From Escherichia coli (GTDB lineage Bacteria; Pseudomonadota; Gammaproteobacteria; Enterobacterales; Enterobacteriaceae), in the NCBI RefSeq assembly GCF_044324875.1, contig NZ_CP172185.1: a stretch of 64,000 bases of DNA; one strand, 5' to 3'. The translations under genes and the position numbers were made by a program. The notes under the pieces are model-generated. The model was given only the letters and a program-made list of their open reading frames with translations, ran no database searches and was not told the DNA's origin. Below, one piece after another: positions 32,914-44,642 of this stretch (positions within the stretch are counted from its first letter, which is position 1; each line of letters opens with the position of its first letter).

Positions 32914-34040
32914 AGTGATATCCGATTATTTTTTAACGCTTCCAGAATGCGAGAGCATGCCTGACCATCACCATACGGGTTATGGGCGCGGCTCATAGCT
33001 TGATATTCGTTTTCGTCTTTTAAAAGACGCGTCACTTCCTCGACAATTCGCTGCTTATCCGTGCCTACCAGACGCACCGTACCCGCCGTCACCGCTTCCG
33101 GACGCTCAGTGGTATCGCGCATTACCAGCACCGGTTTCCCCAGCGAAGGCGCTTCTTCCTGAATGCCGCCTGAGTCGGTCAAAATCAGCCAGGCGTGGTT
33201 CATCAGCCAGACAAACGGTAAATACTCCTGGGGATCGATCAGAATGACATTTTTCACGTGCCCCAGAATGCGATTGACCGGCTCTCTGACGTTCGGGTTG
33301 AGATGCACTGGATAGACAATCTGGATGTCCTGGTGCGTGGTGGCGATGTCTGCCAGCGCATGGCAGATTTCTTCAAAGCCACGACCGAAGCTCTCACGCC
33401 TGTGACCGGTCACCAGAATCATTTTTTTATTGGGGTCGATAAACGGGTAATTTGCCGCCAGTTCTGAACGCAGCGTATCGCTGCTCATCACCTGGTCACG
33501 CACCCATAACAGTGCATCAATAACTGTATTACCGGTAATGAAGATTCGGCTGTCAGCAACATTTTCACGCAGCAAGTTTTGCCGGGAAGTTTCGGTTGGA
33601 GAGAAGTGATACATCGCCAGATGCCCGGTCAATGTACGGTTAGCCTCTTCCGGCCACGGCGAATAGAGATCGCCCGTGCGCAGACCAGCCTCAACGTGAC
33701 CAACAGGAATACGCTGATAAAACGCCGCCAGGCTGGTTGCCAGCGTCGTCGTAGTATCGCCGTGAACCAGCACGACGTCTGGTTTGAACTCGGCAAGAAT
33801 TGGTTTTAGCCCTTCCAGAATCCGACAGGTTATCTCTGTCAGGCCCTGTCCTGGCTGCATTATGTTGAGATCGTAGTCAGGTACAATGGAAAAGAGTTTC
33901 AGCACCTGATCGAGCATCTCCCGATGCTGCGCAGTGACGCAAACTTTAGCCTCAAAAAAAGGATCTTTTGCCAACGCATGCACCAACGGAGCCATCTTGA
34001 TGGCTTCCGGGCGCGTACCAAATACAGTCAGTACTTTCAC
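32910..34040 (-). CDS. wecB: UDP-N-acetylglucosamine 2-epimerase
   Basis: Translation matches WecB from (V/M)[19 protein letters not shown] with a GTG start; track ORF extends 14 codons upstream. Confidence 0.9.
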   Translation of the reverse strand: MKVLTVFGTRPEAIKMAPLVHALAKDPFFEAKVCVTAQHREMLDQVLKLFSIVPDYDLNIMQPGQGLTEITCRILEGLKPILAEFKPDVVLVHGDTTTTLATSLAAFYQRIPVGHVEAGLRTGDLYSPWPEEANRTLTGHLAMYHFSPTETSRQNLLRENVADSRIFITGNTVIDALLWVRDQVMSSDTLRSELAANYPFIDPNKKMILVTGHRRESFGRGFEEICHALADIATTHQDIQIVYPVHLNPNVREPVNRILGHVKNVILIDPQEYLPFVWLMNHAWLILTDSGGIQEEAPSLGKPVLVMRDTTERPEAVTAGTVRLVGTDKQRIVEEVTRLLKDENEYQAMSRAHNPYGDGQACSRILEALKNNRISL

Positions 34041-34095
34041 ATCGATTCTCTTCGAATAAGCGGCGAGCGCCTTTGCGCTCACCGCAGCAGTGTTG

Positions 34096-35142
34096 CTATT
34101 TCGAGCAACGGCGGGTTAATGCGACACCAGCCCCAATCAGCCCCCCGACAATGCCCCACATAATCATCAGGAAGGCACGACGTGGGCTATCGCGTTTTAC
34201 CGGTTCTTCCGGCGTACGCAAATAGCGATAGGTCTGAAAACGCGGATCCAGGGTTGGACCAACATTCAGGGTGTTTAACATGGCCCGATTCTGATCATAG
34301 TCGAGATCAAAGGCCGGACCGACGGCCTGTAAATTTTCCAGTCGAGCCTGGAGCATTGGACGCCCAAGCAGGAACATTTCTGAATCAGGTAATTCCTCGG
34401 CAGGCACATCTGTCGCACTGCGCGAAATATTATGCTGCTCAGCAATTTTCAGCGCCTGTTCAATACTGTTCATCCGGCGGTCGTAGATAGCTTTCGCCAC
34501 CTCTTCCTGACGCTTCACCTGAGCTTTCATCTGGATGGTGCGTGCCGCCCATGCACCTTTCAGCTCATCATTCAGATGGCTGGCTGCACGCTGGCTGGCA
34601 AAAGCAACATACTGACGTAACAGGTTATTAGCGTCAGGCGCGGTTTCGGCAATCAGCTTCACGCTGTCATTGACCGCGCGGGTAAAGTCTCCGGGGATAA
34701 ACTGGATGTTGTTAATCATTTCATCCAGCAACGCCGCATCGGCTTTGCTGTTGCCCACCATCCGCTGCTTGTAATAGTCGGTTTGCAGCCAGAACTCTCT
34801 GCGGGTATCCCACGAGGCCAGTTGCATAACAAACTCTTTATAGGCTTCGTCCATGACCGATGGTTGGTCGGCAGAAGCCATGTTTGAACGGACATCCAGG
34901 TTACGCAAAAATTGCTGCTGTGAGTAATATCCCCCCAGCATATTCACCGTTGGACGATCGGTAATCGCCGTCGAGCTCCACTCCTGACGAGCAAAAAAAG
35001 TATACGCCAGCGCGATTAACGCAAACGCCAGCCCCATGCCAATAATCCATAGCTTCCCAGCCCACAAGGTACGAAACAACCCACGAATATCCAGTTCATT
35101 TTCAGCGTCTTCGGCCGGTTTCCCAGGCATTGGTTGTGTCAT
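34096..35142 (-). CDS. wzzE: ECA chain-length modulator
   Basis: 348-aa ORF with N- and C-terminal TM segments flanking a periplasmic coiled-coil domain. Confidence 0.9.
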   Translation of the reverse strand: MTQPMPGKPAEDAENELDIRGLFRTLWAGKLWIIGMGLAFALIALAYTFFARQEWSSTAITDRPTVNMLGGYYSQQQFLRNLDVRSNMASADQPSVMDEAYKEFVMQLASWDTRREFWLQTDYYKQRMVGNSKADAALLDEMINNIQFIPGDFTRAVNDSVKLIAETAPDANNLLRQYVAFASQRAASHLNDELKGAWAARTIQMKAQVKRQEEVAKAIYDRRMNSIEQALKIAEQHNISRSATDVPAEELPDSEMFLLGRPMLQARLENLQAVGPAFDLDYDQNRAMLNTLNVGPTLDPRFQTYRYLRTPEEPVKRDSPRRAFLMIMWGIVGGLIGAGVALTRRCSK

Positions 35143-35153
35143 CACATCCTCAT

Positions 35154-36257
35154 TTATTTGGTTAAATTGGGGCTGCCACCACGATTTCTACGCAGTCTGC
35201 GTTTTACGCGCTTAATAAAGCGAGCAACTTTCCAGGCACGCTTAATGCAATATCCATAGAGGAAGAATGCTAGCAAAAAGAGCACCAGCATGACCCACTC
35301 CGGGACAAAATGAGAATATTCTGCCAGCACCCCAATGGAGGCGAGCAGAGCTGCGGCAAGGGTAATCAGCACAAACGCCTGGCGGGAAGTAAACCCGGCA
35401 CGCATGATCAAATGGTGAATATGCTGGCGATCAGGAGAGAACGGACTCATGCCTTTACGCAGGCGACGGTACATAATCGCCACCATATCCATTAGCGGAA
35501 TGGCGATTATCCACAAAGCGGTAACCGGGCTGATGGGATGGGTTTTGCCCTGGGTCGTTTCGAGCAGGATCCAGATAACGGTAAAACCAATCAGCGTACT
35601 GCCCGCATCACCCATAAAGACTTTGTAGCGGCGACCCAGGATACCAAGGTTAAGCATGATGTATGGCAGGATGGCGGCGATCATCGCAAAACACCAGATT
35701 GCAAGGCTGGTTTGCCCGTCGAACCACAAAATCATACCGATTGCTGCAAACGAGACGCAGGACAACCCGCCCAGCAAGCCATCAATGCCATCAACCATGT
35801 TGAACGCATTAATGGCCGCCCAGACGGCAAATAGCGTCAGGAAGTAACCAAACGGTCCGAGCACCATCTCCCAGGAGCCAAAGATATAACCCAGGCTACT
35901 GAGATAAAGGTTGCCAAACACCATCATAACAATGCCAACAGCAGCCTGTATGGTGGCACGGATTTTTACGCTGATATCAAAACGGTCATCCAGCGCACCG
36001 ATAAACACCAGTACACCGGCACAAGCGAGATAGAGAGATGCATGCGGAATATAGTAATCGACAATTCCGAACGTGAAGCAAATCCCTGCGTAAACCGAAA
36101 TACCCCCAACGAGTGGTATCAACCCCTGGTGACGTTTGCGGAAGTTAGGTTTATCCACTAAACCGACTTTTTTTGCCACCTTACGGGCAAAAAACAGAAA
36201 CAGTGTCGTGAATAAAAAAATACTGATGAGATCAGTACTCACTGTCAGTAAATTCAC
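35154..36257 (-). CDS. wecA: UDP-GlcNAc:undecaprenyl-phosphate GlcNAc-1-phosphate transferase
   Basis: 367-aa polytopic ORF, first gene of the wec cluster, just downstream of rho. Confidence 0.9.
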   Translation of the reverse strand: MNLLTVSTDLISIFLFTTLFLFFARKVAKKVGLVDKPNFRKRHQGLIPLVGGISVYAGICFTFGIVDYYIPHASLYLACAGVLVFIGALDDRFDISVKIRATIQAAVGIVMMVFGNLYLSSLGYIFGSWEMVLGPFGYFLTLFAVWAAINAFNMVDGIDGLLGGLSCVSFAAIGMILWFDGQTSLAIWCFAMIAAILPYIMLNLGILGRRYKVFMGDAGSTLIGFTVIWILLETTQGKTHPISPVTALWIIAIPLMDMVAIMYRRLRKGMSPFSPDRQHIHHLIMRAGFTSRQAFVLITLAAALLASIGVLAEYSHFVPEWVMLVLFLLAFFLYGYCIKRAWKVARFIKRVKRRLRRNRGGSPNLTK

Positions 36258-36452
36258 AATGCATGCTCTCAGAGAAAATTATTAGCAGAAGTATAACCAC
36301 GAAGACCTTTATTCAGAAGGGAAAGTCCGTTCCGAACCCACCAGTCCTGTGCAAAAATTAACCATTTGATATGCAAATTGCATAACACACCAGCAAAATC
36401 CAGGAATTTTCCTAACATTGCCAGCGCGGCATTAAGATTACAGATATAAAAG

Positions 36453-36482
36453 CAAAACGCCACGTAAACACGTGGCGTTTTT
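36453..36482 (-). terminator. Intrinsic terminator after rho
   Basis: Palindrome aaaacgccacgtaaacacgtggcgtttt with flanking T-tracts on both strands. Confidence 0.8.
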
Positions 36483-36496
36483 GGCATAAGACAAAT

Positions 36497-37756
36497 TTAT
36501 GAGCGTTTCATCATTTCGAAGAAATCGTCATTGGTCTTGGTCATTGCCAGTTTATTAATGAGGAATTCCATTGCATCGATTTCGCCCATCGGGTGAATGA
36601 TTTTGCGCAGGATCCACATTTTCTGCAGTTCTTCCTGAGTAGTGAGCAGCTCTTCTTTACGGGTACCGGAACGGTTGTAGTCGATTGCCGGGAAGACGCG
36701 TTTTTCAGCGATCTTACGAGAGAGGTGCAGTTCCATGTTGCCTGTACCTTTAAACTCTTCGTAGATAACTTCGTCCATCTTGGAACCGGTATCGATAAGC
36801 GCGGTAGCGATGATGGTCAGGCTGCCGCCCTCTTCCACGTTACGCGCCGCACCGAAGAAGCGTTTCGGACGATGCAGGGCGTTGGCATCCACACCACCGG
36901 TCAGCACTTTACCTGACGCCGGAACAACGGTGTTGTAAGCGCGCGCCAGACGAGTGATGGAGTCGAGCAGGATGATAACGTCTTTCTTGTGCTCAACCAG
37001 GCGTTTCGCCTTCTCGATCACCATTTCCGCAACCTGAACGTGGCGAGATGCTGGTTCGTCAAAGGTAGAAGCAACAACTTCACCTTTTACCAGACGCTGC
37101 ATCTCGGTTACTTCTTCCGGACGTTCGTCGATCAGCAGAACCATCAGCACACAATCCGGGTGGTTGTAAGCAATGCTCTGAGCAATGTTCTGCAGCAGCA
37201 TGGTTTTACCGGCTTTCGGCGGTGCCACAATCAGACCTCGCTGACCACGACCGATAGGTGATGCCAGATCCAGTACGCGAGCGGTTAAATCTTCAGTAGA
37301 ACCGTTACCACGTTCCATACGCAGACGAGAGTTTGCGTGCAGCGGGGTTAAGTTCTCAAAGAGGATTTTGTTGCGGGCGTTTTCAGGTTTGTCGAAGTTA
37401 ACTTCGTTAACTTTCAGCAGCGCAAAATAGCGTTCACCTTCTTTCGGCGGGCGAATCTTACCAGAGATGGTATCACCAGTACGGAGGTTGAAACGGCGGA
37501 TTTGGCTAGGGGAAACGTAGATGTCATCAGGACCGGCGAGGTAGGAGCTGTCTGCGGAACGGAGGAAACCAAATCCATCCTGCAATATCTCCAGTACACC
37601 ATCACCAAAGATATCTTCGCCACTCTTTGCGTGCTGCTTCAGGATGGCAAAAATAATGTCCTGCTTACGCATACGAGCCAGGTTTTCCAGCCCCATATTT
37701 TCGCCGAGAGTGATCAGCTCAGAAACCGGCGTATTCTTTAATTCGGTAAGATTCAT
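36497..37756 (-). CDS. rho: Transcription termination factor Rho
   Basis: Translation matches Rho from [25 protein letters not shown] (419 aa); track ORF extends upstream into the leader. Confidence 0.97.
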
Positions 37757-37840
37757 AGTGGTGTGAGTTCTTAAACTTGGGGTAAATCTCGAACTTAATG
37801 TTGTGAATGGTATGGCAGGATCATCCATGCCTGTTTACGG

Positions 37841-37942
37841 TCATCGACTCATGTCTTTTCGCTGTCTGGTCACAGGAGAGTACGCAGAACTGAAACGACA
37901 AGACGGATTGAGTGACGAGCCAGAAATCTGTTCACTTCGCAT
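37841..37942 (-). CDS. rhoL: rho operon leader peptide
   Basis: 33-codon frame MRSEQISGSSLNPSCRFSSAYSPVTRQRKDMSR matching remembered RhoL, just upstream of rho. Confidence 0.75.
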   Translation of the reverse strand: MRSEQISGSSLNPSCRFSSAYSPVTRQRKDMSR

Positions 37943-38082
37943 TTAAGATAAAACGGGAAGCGTTGGAAATTACAAGATTCAAACTTAATAAGGTATGTTT
38001 AATACGAAGTCAACACTAAGTTAGCATGACTCACGCCGGGCGTCCAGTTTTTAGCGACGGGGCACCCGAACATGAAATTCCC

Positions 38083-38412
38083 TTACGCCAGGTTAGCGTC
38101 GAGGAACTCTTTCAACTGACCTTTAGACAGTGCGCCCACTTTGGTTGCCGCCACTTCACCGTTTTTGAACAGCAGCAGAGTCGGGATACCACGGATACCA
38201 TATTTCGGCGCAGTGCCAGGGTTTTGATCGATGTTCAGTTTTGCAACGGTCAGTTTGCCCTGATATTCGTCAGCGATTTCATCCAGAATCGGGGCGATCA
38301 TTTTGCACGGACCGCACCACTCTGCCCAGAAATCGACGAGGATCGCCCCGTCCGCTTTGAGTACATCCGTGTCAAAACTGTCGTCAGTCAGGTGAATAAT
38401 TTTATCGCTCAT
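38083..38412 (-). CDS. trxA: Thioredoxin 1
   Basis: Translation [18 protein letters not shown]...WCGPC... (109 aa) matches TrxA. Confidence 0.97.
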
Positions 38413-38542
38413 ATATAACTCCACAGGAATAAGCCTGGCGTGTTGGTTTCGTTGTTGGTGTAACATTAACCAACTAAAGGTTGACTTTATTTCACCGGAT
38501 ACGCTTTCGTAAAGCAATAGTAAGCTGATATTCTACCACACT

Positions 38543-39808
38543 ATGAGCAAAACACATTTAACAGAACAGAAGTTTTCCGACTTCGCCCTGCATCCGAAGG
38601 TTGTAGAAGCCCTTGAAAAAAAAGGGTTTCATAACTGTACGCCCATTCAGGCACTGGCCCTTCCGCTGACGCTGGCGGGTCGTGACGTAGCCGGGCAGGC
38701 GCAAACCGGTACCGGGAAAACGATGGCGTTTCTTACGTCAACGTTTCATTATCTTCTCTCTCATCCCGCGATTGCCGATCGCAAGGTGAATCAACCGCGT
38801 GCCTTAATTATGGCACCGACGCGTGAACTTGCCGTGCAGATCCACGCCGACGCGGAACCGCTGGCGGAAGCTACCGGCCTGAAGCTGGGTCTGGCTTACG
38901 GTGGTGATGGCTACGACAAACAGCTGAAAGTGCTGGAAAGCGGCGTTGACATTCTGATTGGCACCACGGGGCGTTTAATTGACTACGCCAAGCAGAACCA
39001 CATTAACCTCGGTGCCATTCAGGTAGTTGTACTGGACGAAGCCGATCGCATGTACGATCTGGGCTTTATTAAAGATATCCGCTGGCTGTTCCGCCGTATG
39101 CCGCCTGCAAACCAGCGCCTCAACATGCTGTTCTCCGCCACGCTTTCGTACCGGGTACGTGAACTGGCGTTCGAGCAGATGAACAATGCCGAATATATTG
39201 AAGTGGAACCGGAACAGAAAACGGGCCACCGTATTAAAGAAGAGCTTTTCTACCCTTCTAACGAAGAAAAAATGCGTTTGCTGCAAACGCTGATCGAAGA
39301 AGAGTGGCCAGACAGAGCGATTATTTTCGCCAACACCAAACACCGTTGTGAAGAGATCTGGGGCCACCTGGCGGCAGATGGTCATCGTGTCGGTTTGTTG
39401 ACAGGCGATGTCGCGCAGAAAAAACGTCTGCGTATTCTTGATGAATTTACCCGTGGGGATCTGGATATTCTGGTTGCCACCGACGTTGCCGCGCGTGGCC
39501 TGCATATCCCGGCTGTGACGCACGTCTTTAACTACGATTTACCCGATGACTGTGAAGATTACGTTCACCGTATTGGTCGTACAGGTCGTGCAGGCGCAAG
39601 CGGTCACTCTATTAGTCTGGCGTGTGAAGAGTATGCATTGAATTTGCCTGCTATTGAGACCTATATTGGTCACTCAATTCCGGTAAGCAAATACAATCCG
39701 GACGCATTGATGACCGATCTGCCAAAACCGCTGCGCCTCACGCGCCCGCGCACAGGCAATGGTCCGCGTCGTACTGGCGCTCCGCGTAATCGTCGTCGTT
39801 CAGGTTAA
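38543..39808 (+). CDS. rhlB: ATP-dependent RNA helicase RhlB (DEAD-box)
   Basis: 421-aa ORF with GTGKT, DEAD and SAT motifs and Arg-rich C-terminus. Confidence 0.95.
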
Positions 39809-39943
39809 ATAAAAAATGTCATACTCAAAATCATTCAAACTGGATCAAGATGGCAAGAGAATGAATCCCGATGCGCATGCTGTAGTAAGTGATTTGGGTG
39901 AAAGAACGCAGCCAACGCAGAGACAGATTGAAGGATGAAGAGT

Positions 39944-41428
39944 ATGGGTTCCACCTCGTCGCTGTATGCAGCCATTGATCTCGGTTCGAATAGTTTTCAT
40001 ATGCTGGTTGTGCGCGAGGTGGCTGGAAGCATCCAGACGCTGACGCGAATTAAACGCAAAGTGCGTCTGGCTGCTGGCCTGAACAGCGAAAATGCCCTCT
40101 CTAATGAAGCAATGGAGCGCGGTTGGCAATGTTTGCGCCTGTTTGCTGAACGTCTGCAAGATATCCCTCCCTCGCAAATTCGCGTTGTCGCTACGGCGAC
40201 ATTACGACTAGCCGTCAATGCGGGTGATTTTATCGCCAAAGCACAGGAAATCCTTGGCTGCCCGGTACAAGTCATCAGCGGTGAAGAAGAAGCCCGCCTG
40301 ATTTATCAGGGGGTGGCCCACACAACAGGCGGTGCCGATCAGCGCCTGGTGGTGGATATAGGCGGTGCCAGTACTGAACTGGTAACCGGCACGGGTGCAC
40401 AAACCACCTCGTTGTTCAGCCTGTCGATGGGCTGCGTCACCTGGCTGGAACGCTATTTTGCCGATCGTAATCTGGCGCAGGAAAATTTTGATGCTGCAGA
40501 AAAAGCGGCACGCGAAGTGTTACGTCCGGTTGCCGATGAATTACGGTATCACGGCTGGAAAGTGTGCGTTGGCGCTTCCGGCACCGTGCAGGCGTTACAG
40601 GAAATCATGATGGCACAGGGGATGGATGAACGCATTACCCTGGAAAAGTTGCAGCAACTGAAACAGCGAGCCATTCATTGCGGTCGGCTGGAGGAACTGG
40701 AGATTGACGGGCTGACGCTGGAACGTGCGTTAGTGTTCCCGAGTGGTCTGGCAATCCTGATAGCCATTTTTACCGAACTGAATATTCAGTGTATGACCCT
40801 GGCAGGTGGTGCGCTGCGTGAAGGCCTGGTCTACGGCATGTTGCATCTGACCGTCGAGCAGGATATTCGCAGCCGTACGCTGCGTAATATTCAGCGCCGC
40901 TTTATGATCGATATTGATCAGGCACAGCGCGTAGCCAAAGTTGCGGCTAACTTCTTCGATCAGGTGAAAAACGAATGGCATCTTGAAGCAATAAGCCGCG
41001 ATTTGCTCATCAGCGCCTGCCAGCTTCATGAAATCGGCCTGAGCGTTGACTTCAAACAAGCGCCGCAACACGCTGCTTATCTGGTACGTAATCTGGATCT
41101 TCCCGGTTTTACCCCCGCACAGAAAAAACTGCTGGCGACGCTACTGCTCAACCAGACTAACCCGGTCGATCTCTCATCGCTGCATCAGCAAAATGCCGTA
41201 CCGCCGCGCGTCGCAGAACAACTCTGCCGTTTACTACGCCTGGCCATCATTTTTGCCAGCCGTCGTCGTGACGATCTCGTGCCAGAGATGACATTACAGG
41301 CTAACCATGAACTGTTGACCTTGACGCTTCCGCAAGGTTGGCTAACCCAACATCCGCTGGGTAAAGAGATTATTGATCAGGAAAGCCAGTGGCAGAGCTA
41401 TGTCCACTGGCCGCTGGAAGTGCATTAA
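39944..41428 (+). CDS. gppA: Guanosine pentaphosphate phosphohydrolase
   Basis: Translation from [22 protein letters not shown] (Ppx/GppA family), 494 aa. Confidence 0.95.
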   Translation: MGSTSSLYAAIDLGSNSFHMLVVREVAGSIQTLTRIKRKVRLAAGLNSENALSNEAMERGWQCLRLFAERLQDIPPSQIRVVATATLRLAVNAGDFIAKAQEILGCPVQVISGEEEARLIYQGVAHTTGGADQRLVVDIGGASTELVTGTGAQTTSLFSLSMGCVTWLERYFADRNLAQENFDAAEKAAREVLRPVADELRYHGWKVCVGASGTVQALQEIMMAQGMDERITLEKLQQLKQRAIHCGRLEELEIDGLTLERALVFPSGLAILIAIFTELNIQCMTLAGGALREGLVYGMLHLTVEQDIRSRTLRNIQRRFMIDIDQAQRVAKVAANFFDQVKNEWHLEAISRDLLISACQLHEIGLSVDFKQAPQHAAYLVRNLDLPGFTPAQKKLLATLLLNQTNPVDLSSLHQQNAVPPRVAEQLCRLLRLAIIFASRRRDDLVPEMTLQANHELLTLTLPQGWLTQHPLGKEIIDQESQWQSYVHWPLEVH

Positions 41429-41437
41429 TGAGTAAGT

Positions 41438-41470
41438 GCCGGATGCGATGCTGACGCATCTTTTCCGGCC
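41438..41470 (+). terminator. REP-like hairpin, probable gppA terminator
   Basis: gccggatgcgatgctgacgcatc followed by tttt; same 23-mer as 19918-19940. Confidence 0.6.
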
Positions 41471-41474
41471 TTGA

Positions 41475-43496
41475 TTATTTCCCTCGTTTTGCCGCCATCA
41501 TCGCTTTCAGATTCGCCAGATGGCTTTGCCCTTTCTGCATCCGTTCTTCGGCGCTGACCACTTTGCGCTCCTGTTCCCAAATCAGATCATCCTGCGGCAG
41601 CTCCAGCAGGAAGCGGCTCGGCTCCGGGCGCACCAGTTCGCCGTACTGACGGCGTTCTTTACACAGCGTAAAGGTCAATTCCTTCTGGGCGCGGGTAATG
41701 CCGACATAGGCCAGCCGCCGCTCCTCATCGATATTATCTTCATCGATGCTGCTTTGGTGCGGCAAAAAACCTTCTTCCATACCGACCATGTAGACATAAG
41801 GAAACTCCAGCCCTTTCGACGCGTGGAGAGTCATCAGTTGCACCTGATCCAGCTCTTCTTCACTCTCACCACGCTCCATCATGTCGCGCAAAGTAAAGCG
41901 CGTCACCACCTGGGTGAGCGTCATCGGCTCATCCAGTTCGCTGCCCTCCAGCATCTCCGTCATCCAGCTAAACAGTTGGTTGACGTTCTTCATGCGCATT
42001 TCGGCGGCTTTCGGGCTGGGCGATGTTTCGTACAGCCAGGATTCATAATCCATGCCGTGGATCAGATCGCGCACCGCGGCAATCGGCTCCCGCTCCGCCA
42101 GACGCTGGATTTCTGCCAACCAGTGAGTGAAGCGGGTCAATGCTTCATAACCACGTCCGCTAAGCGTCTGACTCAGGCCCATATCAAAGCTGGCGGTAAA
42201 CATGCTTTTATTGCGCGTCATCGCCCACTCACCCAGCTTTTTCAGCGTCGCCGGGCCAATCTCTCGCTTCGGCGTGTTAACGATACGCAGAAATGCGCTG
42301 TCATCGTCCGGGTTAGTCAGCACGCGCAGATAAGCCAGCAAATCCTTGATTTCAGGACGAGAGAAAAACGACGTACCACCGGATATTTTGTACGGGATGC
42401 GGTTTTGCATCAGGAATTTTTCAAACACCCGCGACTGATGGTTGCCGCGATAAAGAATGGCGTAATCTTTGTACTGCGTTTTATTGACGAAGTGATGCGC
42501 GATCAGCTCGCCGGTAACTCTCTCGGCTTCATGTTCTTCGTTATTCGCGCTTAAAACTTTTAGCTCCGCGCCATAGCCCAGTTCGGAGAACAGACGCTTT
42601 TCAAAGACGTGCGGGTTATTGGCGATCAGGATGTTCGCCGCTTTCAGAATACGTCCGGAAGAGCGGTAGTTCTGCTCAAGCTTAATCACCTTCAGTGCCG
42701 GGAAATCCTGACTCAACAGCACCAGGTTTTGCGGACGTGCACCGCGCCAGGAGTAGATCGACTGATCGTCATCGCCAACTACGGTAAAGCGCGCGCAGCT
42801 GCCCACCAGCAGTTTCACCAGTTCATACTGGCTGGTGTTGGTGTCCTGATACTCATCCACCAGCAGGTAGCGAATTTTGTTCTGCCAGCGTTCACGAACT
42901 TCTTCATTGCGTTGCAACAGTAACGTCGGCAATAAAATCAGATCATCGAAGTCGAGAACGTTACAGGCTTTCAGGTGTGCATCATACAGCCCATAACAAT
43001 GGGCAAAAATACGGTCCCGCTCGCCCTTTGCCTCTGCCGCCGCCTGCGCCGGAGTTTTGAGATCGTTCTTCCAGTTGGAGATGGTCGAAATCAGCTGTTG
43101 CAGGAGAACTTTGTCATCTTCAATCAGCCCCTCGGTCAGCTCTTTAAGCAAAGCAAGCTGATCGGTATCGTCAAACAACGAGAAGTTTGCTTTCATCCCA
43201 AGCGCCGCATACTCGCGTTTGATGATATCCAGCCCCAGTGTGTGGAAGGTGGAGATCATCAGCCCACGCGCCTCTTTGCGACCCAACGTCTGCCCGACAC
43301 GCTCTTTCATCTCGCGCGCCGCCTTATTGGTAAAGGTCACCGCCGCGATATGTCGCGCCTGATAACCGCAACCGCGGATCAGATGGGCGATTTTATTGGT
43401 GATGACACGAGTTTTACCGGAACCCGCGCCTGCCAGCACCAGGCAGGGGCCGGTAACGAATTCGACAGCTTGTTGTTGGCCGGGGTTTAGACGCAT
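41475..43496 (-). CDS. rep: ATP-dependent DNA helicase Rep
   Basis: Translation from [31 protein letters not shown] (673 aa), UvrD/Rep superfamily I helicase. Confidence 0.95.
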   Translation of the reverse strand: MRLNPGQQQAVEFVTGPCLVLAGAGSGKTRVITNKIAHLIRGCGYQARHIAAVTFTNKAAREMKERVGQTLGRKEARGLMISTFHTLGLDIIKREYAALGMKANFSLFDDTDQLALLKELTEGLIEDDKVLLQQLISTISNWKNDLKTPAQAAAEAKGERDRIFAHCYGLYDAHLKACNVLDFDDLILLPTLLLQRNEEVRERWQNKIRYLLVDEYQDTNTSQYELVKLLVGSCARFTVVGDDDQSIYSWRGARPQNLVLLSQDFPALKVIKLEQNYRSSGRILKAANILIANNPHVFEKRLFSELGYGAELKVLSANNEEHEAERVTGELIAHHFVNKTQYKDYAILYRGNHQSRVFEKFLMQNRIPYKISGGTSFFSRPEIKDLLAYLRVLTNPDDDSAFLRIVNTPKREIGPATLKKLGEWAMTRNKSMFTASFDMGLSQTLSGRGYEALTRFTHWLAEIQRLAEREPIAAVRDLIHGMDYESWLYETSPSPKAAEMRMKNVNQLFSWMTEMLEGSELDEPMTLTQVVTRFTLRDMMERGESEEELDQVQLMTLHASKGLEFPYVYMVGMEEGFLPHQSSIDEDNIDEERRLAYVGITRAQKELTFTLCKERRQYGELVRPEPSRFLLELPQDDLIWEQERKVVSAEERMQKGQSHLANLKAMMAAKRGK

Positions 43497-43713
43497 AGGT
43501 ATATTGCTCAATCTTCGAACGGGGGGGAGGATTGTAGCAGAATCGCATTTGAATGTGACCGAGTGAAAACCGCTAACCGGATGGCTGCGGATGTTTAAAT
43601 CAGAGAGGGAAGGCCGAAACCGGAGTTCATCATGAATCCATTAGACTTAGAAAATATTGGGTCGTAACGTTGTGTTATTACTTTTTCAGAGTTTACTAAG
43701 GAGAGGTTTACTC

Positions 43714-44163
43714 GTGGCGATTAATTTCAGCCCCAAGGTTGGTGAAATACTGGAATGCAACTTTGGTAACTATCCTGTTAGCCAGAATGGACAGATCAGT
43801 ACGGCGTATTACGATGGCCGCATTCCACCTGAGATGATAAAAAATAGGTTGGTTGTCGTGCTCAACGGAAAAATTAATGGCAACGCATGTATCGTCGTTC
43901 CATTATCAACCACTCGCGACCATGACAAGTTAAATCGTGGAATGCATGTTGAAATAGCCAGTAATGTTATCAATGACCTGCAATTCTTTGATCATCAGAT
44001 ACGTTGGGCTAAAGCCGACCTGGTACAACAAGTCAGTCGAAACCGATTAAACAGAGCAAGGACTTATCGGGGGTATCTTAATCAATGTTTGCCACATGAG
44101 TTGGTTGCAGACATACAGAGGGCAGTCATCAAGTCAATCAATGCCATATCGCTCATAAATTGA
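43714..44163 (+). CDS. yifN: PemK/MazF-like toxin-fold protein (yifN-like), apparently intact
   Basis: GTG start at 43714 after AAGGAGAG RBS; 149 aa; MazF-like pattern GEILECNF...RLVVVLNGK...CIVVPLSTT...HVEI...WAKADLVQQVSRNRL; syntenic between rep and ppiC. Confidence 0.6.
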   Translation: MAINFSPKVGEILECNFGNYPVSQNGQISTAYYDGRIPPEMIKNRLVVVLNGKINGNACIVVPLSTTRDHDKLNRGMHVEIASNVINDLQFFDHQIRWAKADLVQQVSRNRLNRARTYRGYLNQCLPHELVADIQRAVIKSINAISLIN

Positions 44164-44291
44164 CAATAAAATCACCATCCCTGATAATGACTCTGTAGCC
44201 CATAGAGGCCCTAAGTTTTCTCCCCTTGAGGGACCTGCGAAGCCCGGATTTTCCGGGCTTTTGCCATATATGTCCCCCCCTCCCTGACTGA

Positions 44292-44597
<306 letters not shown>

Positions 44598-44601
44598 CAG
44601 C

Positions 44602-44626
44602 AAGGCCTTCTTCAGGAGAAGGCCTT
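44602..44626. terminator. Bidirectional terminator hairpin between ppiC and ilvC
   Basis: Perfect palindrome aaggccttcttcaggagaaggcctt between convergent stop codons. Confidence 0.7.
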
Positions 44627-44642
44627 GAACTCTGAATCGCTA

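Noticed and set aside
36269-36487. 72-aa minus-strand ORF between wecA and rho
   Set aside because: Overlaps the rho terminator hairpin and the wecA promoter region; no RBS and hydrophobic low-complexity translation, so probably non-coding.
41520-42554. 344-aa plus-strand ORF
   Set aside because: Antisense to rep helicase; a shadow ORF.
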